NCBI GenBank assembly: GCA_903929485.1
Contig: CAIYUY010000152.1
Span: 15,756-79,755, forward strand
DNA length: 64,000 bases
Direction of reading: 5' to 3'
Source: an uncultured Desulfuromonadales bacterium
GTDB lineage: Bacteria; Desulfobacterota; Desulfuromonadia; Geobacterales; CAIOGM01
This document shows positions 56,484 through 64,000 of the stretch, in pieces. Made by a program: the position numbers and the translations under genes. A model generated the notes under the pieces. It was given only the letters and a program-made list of their open reading frames with translations. It had not been told where the DNA came from and ran no database searches. The number at the start of each line of letters is the position of its first letter. The first letter of the stretch is position 1.

Positions 56484-57233
56484 ATGAAAAACAGCATCTT
56501 TCATACCCGATCCGACGCGGATCTTCCCGATAAGGCTTTTCTCGATCTTCTTGCGTTCAACGAAAAGATGGCCGAACTGGGACGGATTTCCGCCGGGATT
56601 ATTCACGAGGTCAACACCCCCCTGTCCGTGATCATCTCCGCGGCGCAACTGGTCATGCAGGAAGAGGGGATGCCCGAGGCGGCATTGGAGATGGTGGAAA
56701 GGATTCAGCAGGAAGCACAGCGTCTGTCACGCATGACCCGCGGAATCCTTTCCTTTGCCCGTCGTGATGACGACAGCGCCGGCGAGATCGATATCTGCCG
56801 AACGATTCATGAGGTCGTAACGTTCCTCAAATATGAAATCGGGAAGCGTTCGGTTCAGGTGGAAGAACTCTACGAAGAACATCTCCCCCTGTTGCCGGGT
56901 GGCGGGAACCGGCTCAGGCAGGTTATTTTGAATCTGACCATGAACGCATTGCAGGCCATGGGACGAGGGGGGAGGTTGAGCATCTCCTGTTCTCTTGGGA
57001 CCAATGGCGGCACGGACATTCGGATCAGTGACACCGGTCCCGGTATCTCTCCCGACAGCATGGCTTTTATCTTCGATCCATTTTACACGACCAAGAAAGA
57101 AGGGGAGGGAACCGGTCTCGGCCTCTTCGTTTCACGGAACCTGGTCACGGAACTGGATGGTTCTCTCTCCGCCCAGAGTCTTCCCGGAGCGGGCACAACT
57201 TTTACCATTACCTTCCCTCCTCCCGTATCCTGA
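56484..57233 (+). CDS. Small cytoplasmic histidine kinase (HisKA plus HATPase_c only)
   Basis: H-box GIIHEVNTPLSVI. N-box LNLTMNALQA. G-boxes DTGPGI and GTGLGL. There is no TM or sensor domain, and no response regulator gene is adjacent. Confidence 0.75.
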   Translation: MKNSIFHTRSDADLPDKAFLDLLAFNEKMAELGRISAGIIHEVNTPLSVIISAAQLVMQEEGMPEAALEMVERIQQEAQRLSRMTRGILSFARRDDDSAGEIDICRTIHEVVTFLKYEIGKRSVQVEELYEEHLPLLPGGGNRLRQVILNLTMNALQAMGRGGRLSISCSLGTNGGTDIRISDTGPGISPDSMAFIFDPFYTTKKEGEGTGLGLFVSRNLVTELDGSLSAQSLPGAGTTFTITFPPPVS

Positions 57234-57407
57234 CGTCAATTTCTTGGTGGACAGCAGTCCTGCTTCACGTTATTTTACCCAAGAGCTTGCGGTTGATTTT
57301 TTTTAGGCGTTCTCGAACATCCTTTTTATTCCCTTGAACAGAATGTACAAAATCGCCATCGTCCCCTTGCGGGGATTGACAGGAAACATGTTATCGTAAC
57401 TACCTTA

Positions 57408-59303
57408 TTGTACTCATTTTTTTTATTGATGTCGTTGACCGGACTGGGCTCATTGCTTAACTTGATGCTTTTTCCCTCCGTCCGAATCGATTGGGGGCTG
57501 AAGGCGGCGTTGGGTTTGTCCCTTGCCGTCGCCATTGGCGGTTTTTTGAACATAGTTAGTGCGATATCCCCATCAACCATAATTATTATTCTTTTTGTCG
57601 GTAGCATACTTTTTTTAGTGACGACGGCTGGAGAGATCCTAGGTTATCATAAGGAAAAAGTTGCCATAATAGATCGTATTCTCCATGACGGATATGGAAA
57701 TCTGGTTATTTCACTGTTTTTAATAGCTTCAATCTTTGTCTGCATGGGATGGTCTGTTTCAGGTCTCTTTAATATTCACGATGATTTTCAAGCGTATTTC
57801 GTATTTCCGCAAAAAATGTTGCAAACAGGTTCCCTGGGTAATGATCCGTTCAGTGAGCGTAGAATCATTTCCGGTTTGGGCGGACAGTCATTTTTACAGA
57901 CCTTGGTTCTTGCTTTTCTTCCCGAGAACAATTTGAATCTGTTGGAGCCTGGAATCGCCATGGTTATTCTGGCGGGGCTCGTCATTGCGGAGGTCAGGCG
58001 TAGCGCTTTGGAGTTGCCGCAGACAATTTTAATATTCATGCTGGTCATATTCGTTGCCCTGCCAAAGGCCAACATCACCTCTTTAGGGACCGGTATTGTT
58101 CTCTTTATTGCTTATTACCGTATTCTTGCGATGTACACGTCGGAATTGAAATCGTCCTTTGCCCGCTGTTTTATGCCGGCATTAATTATTTCATCTCTAT
58201 GCTCATTGAAAAGTTCTTTCATCCCTCCGGTAAGTATCATGTTACTCCTTTTTTTCTTGCCGCTTTTACGTGATTCGACCCAACGGAAAAGGAAAATAAA
58301 AGAGTTACTGCTTGTCATGGTTATCACAATTGTTCTCATCTCCCCCTGGATGCTTTCCCTGTACCGTTCATCCGGTACATTTCTCTATCCTCTACTGGGC
58401 AGGGGGTTCCATGGTTCACGGTACGGAACCTTTTTGTCTCCCACCAGTGGCTTATCACTCTCCGCCATACCGATTCTCCTGCTCAAGTATACCGTTGGCA
58501 ACCCGCTTCTGCTGATCGAGATCATACTCTTTATACTGTTCCGCGTCATGGATAGTCACTTGCCCACCGGTAAGCGGTCATTATTATCCATGGCGGCTGG
58601 GACAATCCTCGGAGCGGAGTTACTCATCATCGCCTTGGGTGGTCTGTCTACCTCCCGTTTCATTTTTCCGTTTGTGTATCCGGCCGTAATCTTGCTGTTC
58701 ATAGCTCTTTTACGTCACCTTAATCAGGGGGGGGGACGGATTTTCCCTTCGTACTTTTCGGTTATTCCCCTATGTTGTCTGGGAATTCTGGTGGGTAACG
58801 ATTATCTGCACAGTTTTAAAATAGTTAGAGAGTTGACTCATGATATGGCTGATTCTCATGGCTCAACTTTTTCTCGTGAAAAAATACGGTACCTGGCCAT
58901 GCAGCAATCCATTCCTCGGGGAGAAACAATTCTGGCTCGTCTTGAGAAGCCCTTTTCCCTTGATTTCAACCGAAATACCGTATTTATCGTCGATTACCCC
59001 GGCGGGCAAAGCCCTCCTCCGGGATTGCCCTTCTTTTCCGGAGGCGAAGCCGTCGCCGCGTATCTCAAGGGCAAATCCATAAGATATGTGGCCTATTCCT
59101 ATGCCAATGAAGCCGGTTTTTCGAAGAAAACAAAGGAATATGCTGATCGACTTCTTTTGACGAAACACCCCTGGGAAAGAACCGAGGCGCTACATACCTT
59201 TGACTTCCAGGATAATCTTATGGAACTTGCCAAAACAAGGAAAAGAATTTATGATGACGGCGATATTTTTGTTCTGGATCTTTTCACCTTCGCCAAGGGA
59301 TAG
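57408..59303 (+). CDS. Large polytopic membrane protein of unknown family with a soluble C-terminal domain of about 170 aa
   Basis: 631 aa with more than 10 hydrophobic segments. AT-richer than its neighbours. The start is uncertain (TTG 57408 or ATG 57429). Confidence 0.5.
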   Translation: MYSFFLLMSLTGLGSLLNLMLFPSVRIDWGLKAALGLSLAVAIGGFLNIVSAISPSTIIIILFVGSILFLVTTAGEILGYHKEKVAIIDRILHDGYGNLVISLFLIASIFVCMGWSVSGLFNIHDDFQAYFVFPQKMLQTGSLGNDPFSERRIISGLGGQSFLQTLVLAFLPENNLNLLEPGIAMVILAGLVIAEVRRSALELPQTILIFMLVIFVALPKANITSLGTGIVLFIAYYRILAMYTSELKSSFARCFMPALIISSLCSLKSSFIPPVSIMLLLFFLPLLRDSTQRKRKIKELLLVMVITIVLISPWMLSLYRSSGTFLYPLLGRGFHGSRYGTFLSPTSGLSLSAIPILLLKYTVGNPLLLIEIILFILFRVMDSHLPTGKRSLLSMAAGTILGAELLIIALGGLSTSRFIFPFVYPAVILLFIALLRHLNQGGGRIFPSYFSVIPLCCLGILVGNDYLHSFKIVRELTHDMADSHGSTFSREKIRYLAMQQSIPRGETILARLEKPFSLDFNRNTVFIVDYPGGQSPPPGLPFFSGGEAVAAYLKGKSIRYVAYSYANEAGFSKKTKEYADRLLLTKHPWERTEALHTFDFQDNLMELAKTRKRIYDDGDIFVLDLFTFAKG

Positions 59304-59327
59304 TTTTCTTGGTCAGTTTTTCTCGGG

Positions 59328-60683
59328 TTGGAGTTGATTCAGGAGATGACAGGGGGAATACAGAGGAAGCCCAATCGTATTCTTCGCTGGGCGAAGGAGG
59401 GGAGCTGGCTCGTTATCGGTCAAATGATAACGGTTCTGGGCTCCCTCGTTCTGGTAAGGGTGGTTACCGAGCATCTTGAACCGACGGAGTACGGTCAGCT
59501 GGCACTGGGACTCACCCTGGTGGGGCTGGTAAAACAGGTTGCCATCGGCGGGATTCTTAATGGTATCGGACGTTACTATTCCATAGCATCCGAGAAAAAT
59601 GAATTAAGTGCCTATGCCGCCGCGGTGTGGCGTCTGGTGAATTGGGCTGCTCTTGCCGTGGCTGCAGCCGGAATCATCGTGATCATCTGTCTCCGGGTGA
59701 CAGGGGAGTCCCGGTGGTCCGCCTTGATTGCTTCCGCCATGGTTTTCGCCCTCATCAGTAGCTATAACGCTGCGTTCAGCGCCATGCAGAATGCGGCCCG
59801 ACAGCGTCGAGTCGTGACCCTCCACGGTGGGTTGGATGTCCTCCTGAAAATTCCCCTGGCGCTGGGACTCCTCTTCCGGCTGGGAAATTCCGGGGCAGTC
59901 GTGGTGACCGGATATGCACTCTCCTCTCTTCTGGTTGTCGTTTCCCAGTGGTGCTTTCTGCGGCGGTTGATTCCGCGAACGGGAAGTGATTTAGCTGCTA
60001 GACGTTCCTGGTTCAGGCAATTATGGTCCTTTTCACTCCCTTTCATGTCGTGGGGTGTTTTTACCTGGGTACAAACGAGTTCCGATCGCTGGTTTCTGGG
60101 GGCTTTTGCTCAGATAACAGACGTGGGGCTCTATGCCGTGCTGTTGCAGCTGGGCTATGCGCCGGTGGCGGTGATTACCGCTGTCATGGTCGACTTTATC
60201 AGCCCGGTGTTATATCAACATTCAGGAGACGCCTCCGATGGTGAGCGTAACCATACCGTTCATCGACTGGTCTGGCGCATCACCTCGTTATGTCTCATCC
60301 TGACGTTGCTACTTTCTCTTTTCACCCTTGGACTGCATGAAGTTATCTTTCGGTATCTCGTGGCGGTCCATTATCGGCAAGCCTCTTATTTGCTTCCCTG
60401 GCTGGTGCTGGCGGGTGGCCTGTATGCCACCGGTCAGGTTTTGTCGCTGAAACTCCTCAGCGAGCTGCGGTCCCACTCCCTGATTCGTGTCAAAATAACC
60501 ACGGCGTTGCTTGGTATCGGACTCAATTGCGCCGGCGCCCGGATGGCCGGATTACAGGGAATCGTGGCTGCCACTGTCGCCTTTGGGGTTACCTATCTTG
60601 TCTGGATGATGGTGCTGACGGCAAGGTCGCCGCGGGAGCCGTCGACAGGGTGTCACGAGAGTCAGAGTAGTGATTTTATCTAA
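59328..60683 (+). CDS. Polysaccharide flippase (Wzx/MOP family), second copy
   Basis: 451 aa and polytopic, with the Polysacc_synt-like pattern. The start is uncertain. Confidence 0.55.
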   Translation: MELIQEMTGGIQRKPNRILRWAKEGSWLVIGQMITVLGSLVLVRVVTEHLEPTEYGQLALGLTLVGLVKQVAIGGILNGIGRYYSIASEKNELSAYAAAVWRLVNWAALAVAAAGIIVIICLRVTGESRWSALIASAMVFALISSYNAAFSAMQNAARQRRVVTLHGGLDVLLKIPLALGLLFRLGNSGAVVVTGYALSSLLVVVSQWCFLRRLIPRTGSDLAARRSWFRQLWSFSLPFMSWGVFTWVQTSSDRWFLGAFAQITDVGLYAVLLQLGYAPVAVITAVMVDFISPVLYQHSGDASDGERNHTVHRLVWRITSLCLILTLLLSLFTLGLHEVIFRYLVAVHYRQASYLLPWLVLAGGLYATGQVLSLKLLSELRSHSLIRVKITTALLGIGLNCAGARMAGLQGIVAATVAFGVTYLVWMMVLTARSPREPSTGCHESQSSDFI

Positions 60684-61572
60684 AAAAGTTATCGTTCGAA
60701 TGCGTGGAGGAGTCGGTAACCAGCTTTTCAGCTATGCCGCGGCCCGCCGTCTGGCGCTTAAGAACGACGCGGAACTGGTCATTGATAATGTCTCCGGTTT
60801 TACTCGAGATCTGAAGTACCGGCGTTGCTATGCACTGCATCGGTTTGGCATACCGGCGCGCCTGGCGTCCCCGGCCGAGAGGTTCTTTCCCTGTGAGCGT
60901 CTGCGACGGCTCTTTGCAAAATTGTTGTCTCGCGGAAAAAACTTCGAGAGCCGCTCCTATCTGGAACAGGAGTTTGAGGATTTCGATCCCCGTCTGCTAT
61001 CCCTTCGATTCCAGGGGGATATTTATCTTGACGGACTCTGGCAAAGTGAATTGTATTTCAGTGACATGGAAGGTATCATTCGGCGGGATCTGCTGATCAG
61101 TCCACCGGAAGATGAGATGAATAGTGCGATGGCTCGCTGTATTGCGGCAAGCCGTAACGCTGTTGCACTGCATGTTCGGTGGTTCCTCCCCCCGGAGGCG
61201 AGGGATACCGTTAGAAATGTTGCCCTCACCTATTACGAACGCGCGGTGGCGCTTGCGCTGGAACAACTGGAGCAGCCCCATTTTTTTATCTTTTCGGATG
61301 ACATCCCCGGAGCAGTAGCGCTCCTTTCCCTTCCGGCCGGGAGTTACACGGTGGTGGGGCATAACAAGGGGGACGGCTTGTCGTACGCCGATCTCTGGTT
61401 GATGACTCTCTGCCGGAATTTCATTACGGCGAACAGTACCTTCAGCTGGTGGGGCGCATGGTTGTCGTCTCACGCCGGCAAACTGGTGATCACTCCCGAC
61501 CCGAAGTTGCTTGATGCAAGGAATTACTGGCGGATGGCCGGACTGCTGCCGGATGCATGGCGGAAGATCTGA
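60670..61572 (+). CDS. GT11 alpha-1,2-fucosyltransferase
   Basis: Motifs GGVGNQLFSYAAARRLA, HVRW, FFIFSDD and ANSTFSWWGAWL match the GT11 signature blocks. Confidence 0.75.
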   Translation: MILSKKVIVRMRGGVGNQLFSYAAARRLALKNDAELVIDNVSGFTRDLKYRRCYALHRFGIPARLASPAERFFPCERLRRLFAKLLSRGKNFESRSYLEQEFEDFDPRLLSLRFQGDIYLDGLWQSELYFSDMEGIIRRDLLISPPEDEMNSAMARCIAASRNAVALHVRWFLPPEARDTVRNVALTYYERAVALALEQLEQPHFFIFSDDIPGAVALLSLPAGSYTVVGHNKGDGLSYADLWLMTLCRNFITANSTFSWWGAWLSSHAGKLVITPDPKLLDARNYWRMAGLLPDAWRKI

Positions 61573-61633
61573 TTTCATACTCTGGTCACAAACGTTTCTT
61601 TCAAAAACTTCAGCCTCACAAAGGTGGTGTCGC

Positions 61634-63304
61634 ATGGTTTCCCTGAGATTTATGCCGGGCGGATGGAGAGTGCTCCGGGTGACGGCATCCGCCCTGCTGT
61701 TTCTGGCGCTCTGTTCCGGCCGGTCATGGGCGCTGGCTTCCAACAACATCCCCCTGTCAAGCCCTGTCTATCAGTTTCTGGATGTACTGACCGGCCTGGG
61801 GCTGATCCGGTCCGAGGTGAAGGGGGTTCGCCCTTACGCCAAGGCGGAGGTGGCGCGGTTGGTACGGGAGGCGGAACAAAATCTGGATAACTCCCCTGAA
61901 ATGGAGACCGATTTTGCCGCCGCTCTCATCAAGCGGGTCAAGGAGTACCTCCCCCGTGAAGTGAAAGCCCGCGAAGAGCCGTCGGAGATTCCCACCTTCG
62001 ATTACAACCTCCTCTCATCGGTGAATCTGCGGTACGTCCATCTGAATGGTCTGCCCCGTTCCTATGACCGTATCGTACGGGATCCGGGACACCAGTCAGC
62101 CTTCGGTTTCATCGGCGGGGACTTGCGACCCGGGTTCTCTCCCTACCTCCGCTCGACCGGCACCGAGGGGACTCCCCTGGTGGTGAATAATGAAGGAGTA
62201 GCTTACCGTCAGGGGAGCAACGGCTCCCTGAATTGGAGTTCCGAACTGTTTGGCGGCGACGTGACCTCTCTGCTGTTCGAACCTACTCTCCTGGCTACCC
62301 CCGGCTTGACGACCATGAAACTTCAGAAAGGGTACCTCAAGCTGGGAGGTGGGGGAGTTGAACTGGAGGTGGGGCGCGACGCCAATTGGTTCGGTCCCGG
62401 CTACCGGGGGGCGCTTACCCTGACCAACAACGCCCAGAACTTCGACATGATCAAACTCTCCAGCCCCGAACCGCTGGACGTGGCCTGGGTCAAAAAGTAT
62501 CTCGGCCTCTTCAAATATTCCCTGATCTTTTCCCGCTTCAATAAGACGACCTTCACGGGGGTTGATCCGCCGGTAACCGGCGCCACCCAGACCATTACCC
62601 GCCAACCGTACTTCCTCGGGGTCAAGCTTGCCCTCAAGCCGGTGCAGTGGTTCGAAATGGGGATTAACTTTGTCCGTCAGTATGGGGGGCCCGGTTTTTC
62701 CGGCGGCACGTCGGTGGCTGATCTCATCTTCGGCGGCGGCTCCTCCAACAAGAGCAATACCATCGCCGGTGTGGATCTCCGGTTCCGGATTCCCTGGCTC
62801 CGGAACACGGAAGTTTATGGCGAGTACGCCGGCGAGGATGCCGCCTCGTTCTGGCCCTTCGTGGAGAGCTATATCGCCGGGATCTATGTCCCCCGGCTGA
62901 CAGCTTCGGGGCGAGACGACCTGCGGCTGGAGTACTACTTTGGGCATCAGATCCTTTATACCGACTTCAAATTTCCCAATGGCTACAGCTATTACGGCAT
63001 GACTCCCGGGGATTCCCAGGGGGGGGGGAGTCAGGACCTTCTGGTCCGCTACTCCCACTGGTTCACGCCGCGCAACAACATGGCGCTGGAGTACATCTAT
63101 ACCGATCGGGGACGTCAAGGGAGGGTCAACGGTCAGGCGGTGGAGATGAAAAATGCCTGGAAGGGGGTTTGGACTTTGCCGCTGTACCGCGATCTGGATC
63201 TGGCTCTCGGTTACGGTTGGGAAAGGGTCCGTAATCCGGACCTGGTGAATGGGGTAAAACGGACGAATCAGCTGGCTACGGCTGCCGTGAACTATCTTTA
63301 CTGA
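61634..63304 (+). CDS. wzi: Capsule assembly outer-membrane protein Wzi family
   Basis: I chose the start MVSLRF because AAGGTGG lies upstream. Signal peptide present. The N-terminal SSPVYQFLDVLTGLGLI helix motif and the beta-rich remainder ending in an aromatic residue are typical of Wzi. Confidence 0.6.
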   Translation: MVSLRFMPGGWRVLRVTASALLFLALCSGRSWALASNNIPLSSPVYQFLDVLTGLGLIRSEVKGVRPYAKAEVARLVREAEQNLDNSPEMETDFAAALIKRVKEYLPREVKAREEPSEIPTFDYNLLSSVNLRYVHLNGLPRSYDRIVRDPGHQSAFGFIGGDLRPGFSPYLRSTGTEGTPLVVNNEGVAYRQGSNGSLNWSSELFGGDVTSLLFEPTLLATPGLTTMKLQKGYLKLGGGGVELEVGRDANWFGPGYRGALTLTNNAQNFDMIKLSSPEPLDVAWVKKYLGLFKYSLIFSRFNKTTFTGVDPPVTGATQTITRQPYFLGVKLALKPVQWFEMGINFVRQYGGPGFSGGTSVADLIFGGGSSNKSNTIAGVDLRFRIPWLRNTEVYGEYAGEDAASFWPFVESYIAGIYVPRLTASGRDDLRLEYYFGHQILYTDFKFPNGYSYYGMTPGDSQGGGSQDLLVRYSHWFTPRNNMALEYIYTDRGRQGRVNGQAVEMKNAWKGVWTLPLYRDLDLALGYGWERVRNPDLVNGVKRTNQLATAAVNYLY

Positions 63305-64000
63305 TGCGATGCCTGGAGGATGCCGTTGTGATGATGCTCCGGGATTTTCCGTTCTACGGGCACTTTCTCCTGGAGTGCCGCAGGGAGCCGGATCCCGGAC
63401 CGTATCCCCTGGGGCTCACCCTGCGAAACGGAGTCCCGCTTCTGACCTGTAACGAAACCGCCCTGTCGACTCTTCACCCAAGGGAGCGACAGGCGCTACT
63501 GGAACACTTGGTCAAGCACCTGATTCATCTCCACATGTCCCGTGGCAAGGGACGCAATGAGCGGAGTTGGGACGTGGCGTGCGATTGCGCCATTAATCCC
63601 ACCATCGAGCATCTGCCCCCTTCGGCGCTTCTCCCGCAGCGGTTCGGTCTGCCTGACGGTCTGGCCGCGGAGGAGTATTACGAGGAACTTTCCCGACGCT
63701 TTGACACCGGCAACCTGGAGGGAAAGGGGTATGGTGATGGCGTCCGGGATGCACGGGGGGCGCAAGGGGAGGGGGAGCAGTCGGCGGAGGGTGAAGGTTC
63801 ACGGGGGGAAGAGACCGTTGACAATCATCGGGGATGGAGCGATGCCGACACCACGCCGCTGCCGTTGGCCCAGGAGGTGGTCCGGAGGATGGTTTCGGAC
63901 GCCTGGCAAAACAGTGGCGGAGAGGTTCCTCCGGATATCAGACCCGTCATTCACCGGCTCCTTGCCCCATCACCCATTTCGTGGCGGCAACTGCTCCGTC
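63304..64000 (+). CDS. DUF2201/VWA-like putative metallopeptidase-domain protein; 3' end lies outside the window
   Basis: This ORF is absent from the supplied track because it has no stop in the window. I translated the frame by hand and found it open to the edge. FYGHFLL...LEHLVKHLIHLHMSRG...WDVACDCAINP resembles the DUF2201_N pattern (HE..H-like helix, W.iA.D.aIN). The start overlaps the wzi stop (TGATG). Confidence 0.5.
   Translation, partial: MRCLEDAVVMMLRDFPFYGHFLLECRREPDPGPYPLGLTLRNGVPLLTCNETALSTLHPRERQALLEHLVKHLIHLHMSRGKGRNERSWDVACDCAINPTIEHLPPSALLPQRFGLPDGLAAEEYYEELSRRFDTGNLEGKGYGDGVRDARGAQGEGEQSAEGEGSRGEETVDNHRGWSDADTTPLPLAQEVVRRMVSDAWQNSGGEVPPDIRPVIHRLLAPSPISWRQLLR

Overview
GC-rich bacterial chromosomal segment whose gene content looks Geobacter/Desulfuromonadales-like; that taxonomic guess is inference from multihaem cytochromes, System II cytochrome maturation genes and sigma-54-type nitrogen promoters. 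No search was run. All calls rest on reading the supplied ORF translations for family motifs and on signals visible in the DNA.

Layout:
- 1-5 kb: end of a 2-oxoacid:ferredoxin oxidoreductase operon, tRNA-Ala(GGC), a large-form glutamate dehydrogenase and an FmdB zinc-ribbon gene.
- 5.4-20.4 kb: the most unusual block. It holds a 1093-aa cytochrome with 21 haem motifs and a 1857-aa protein. The larger protein combines a signal/anchor, an unknown N-domain, nine IPT/TIG-like Ig repeats, an FN3-like domain and a 13-haem C-terminus. A tightly coupled operon follows: lipoprotein, membrane protein, GT39-type glycosyltransferase, ResB, CcsA and a radical SAM/SPASM enzyme.
- 20.5-24.2 kb: rpsU, an rhlE-like DEAD-box helicase and class I fumarase. 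Short tandem hepta/hexanucleotide arrays surround them.
- 24.5-49.2 kb: a Wzx/Wzy-dependent polysaccharide locus. It includes a large Wza-like exporter with a Q/C-rich insert, Wzz, Wzx, Wzy, an FrhB-like/pyruvyl transferase pair, a methyltransferase, about 10 glycosyltransferases, WbsX and a WbaP-like priming enzyme. A Phd/ParE toxin-antitoxin pair is embedded in it.
- 49.3-56.3 kb: a double-hotdog thioesterase, then two mirrored ammonium transporter/P-II pairs with candidate sigma-54 promoters, one pair preceded by an outer-membrane protein gene.
- 56.5-64 kb: an orphan histidine kinase and a second glycan module (unknown 631-aa polytopic protein, flippase, GT11 fucosyltransferase, Wzi). A partial DUF2201-like gene runs off the window.

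No transposase, integrase, CRISPR array or rRNA was seen.
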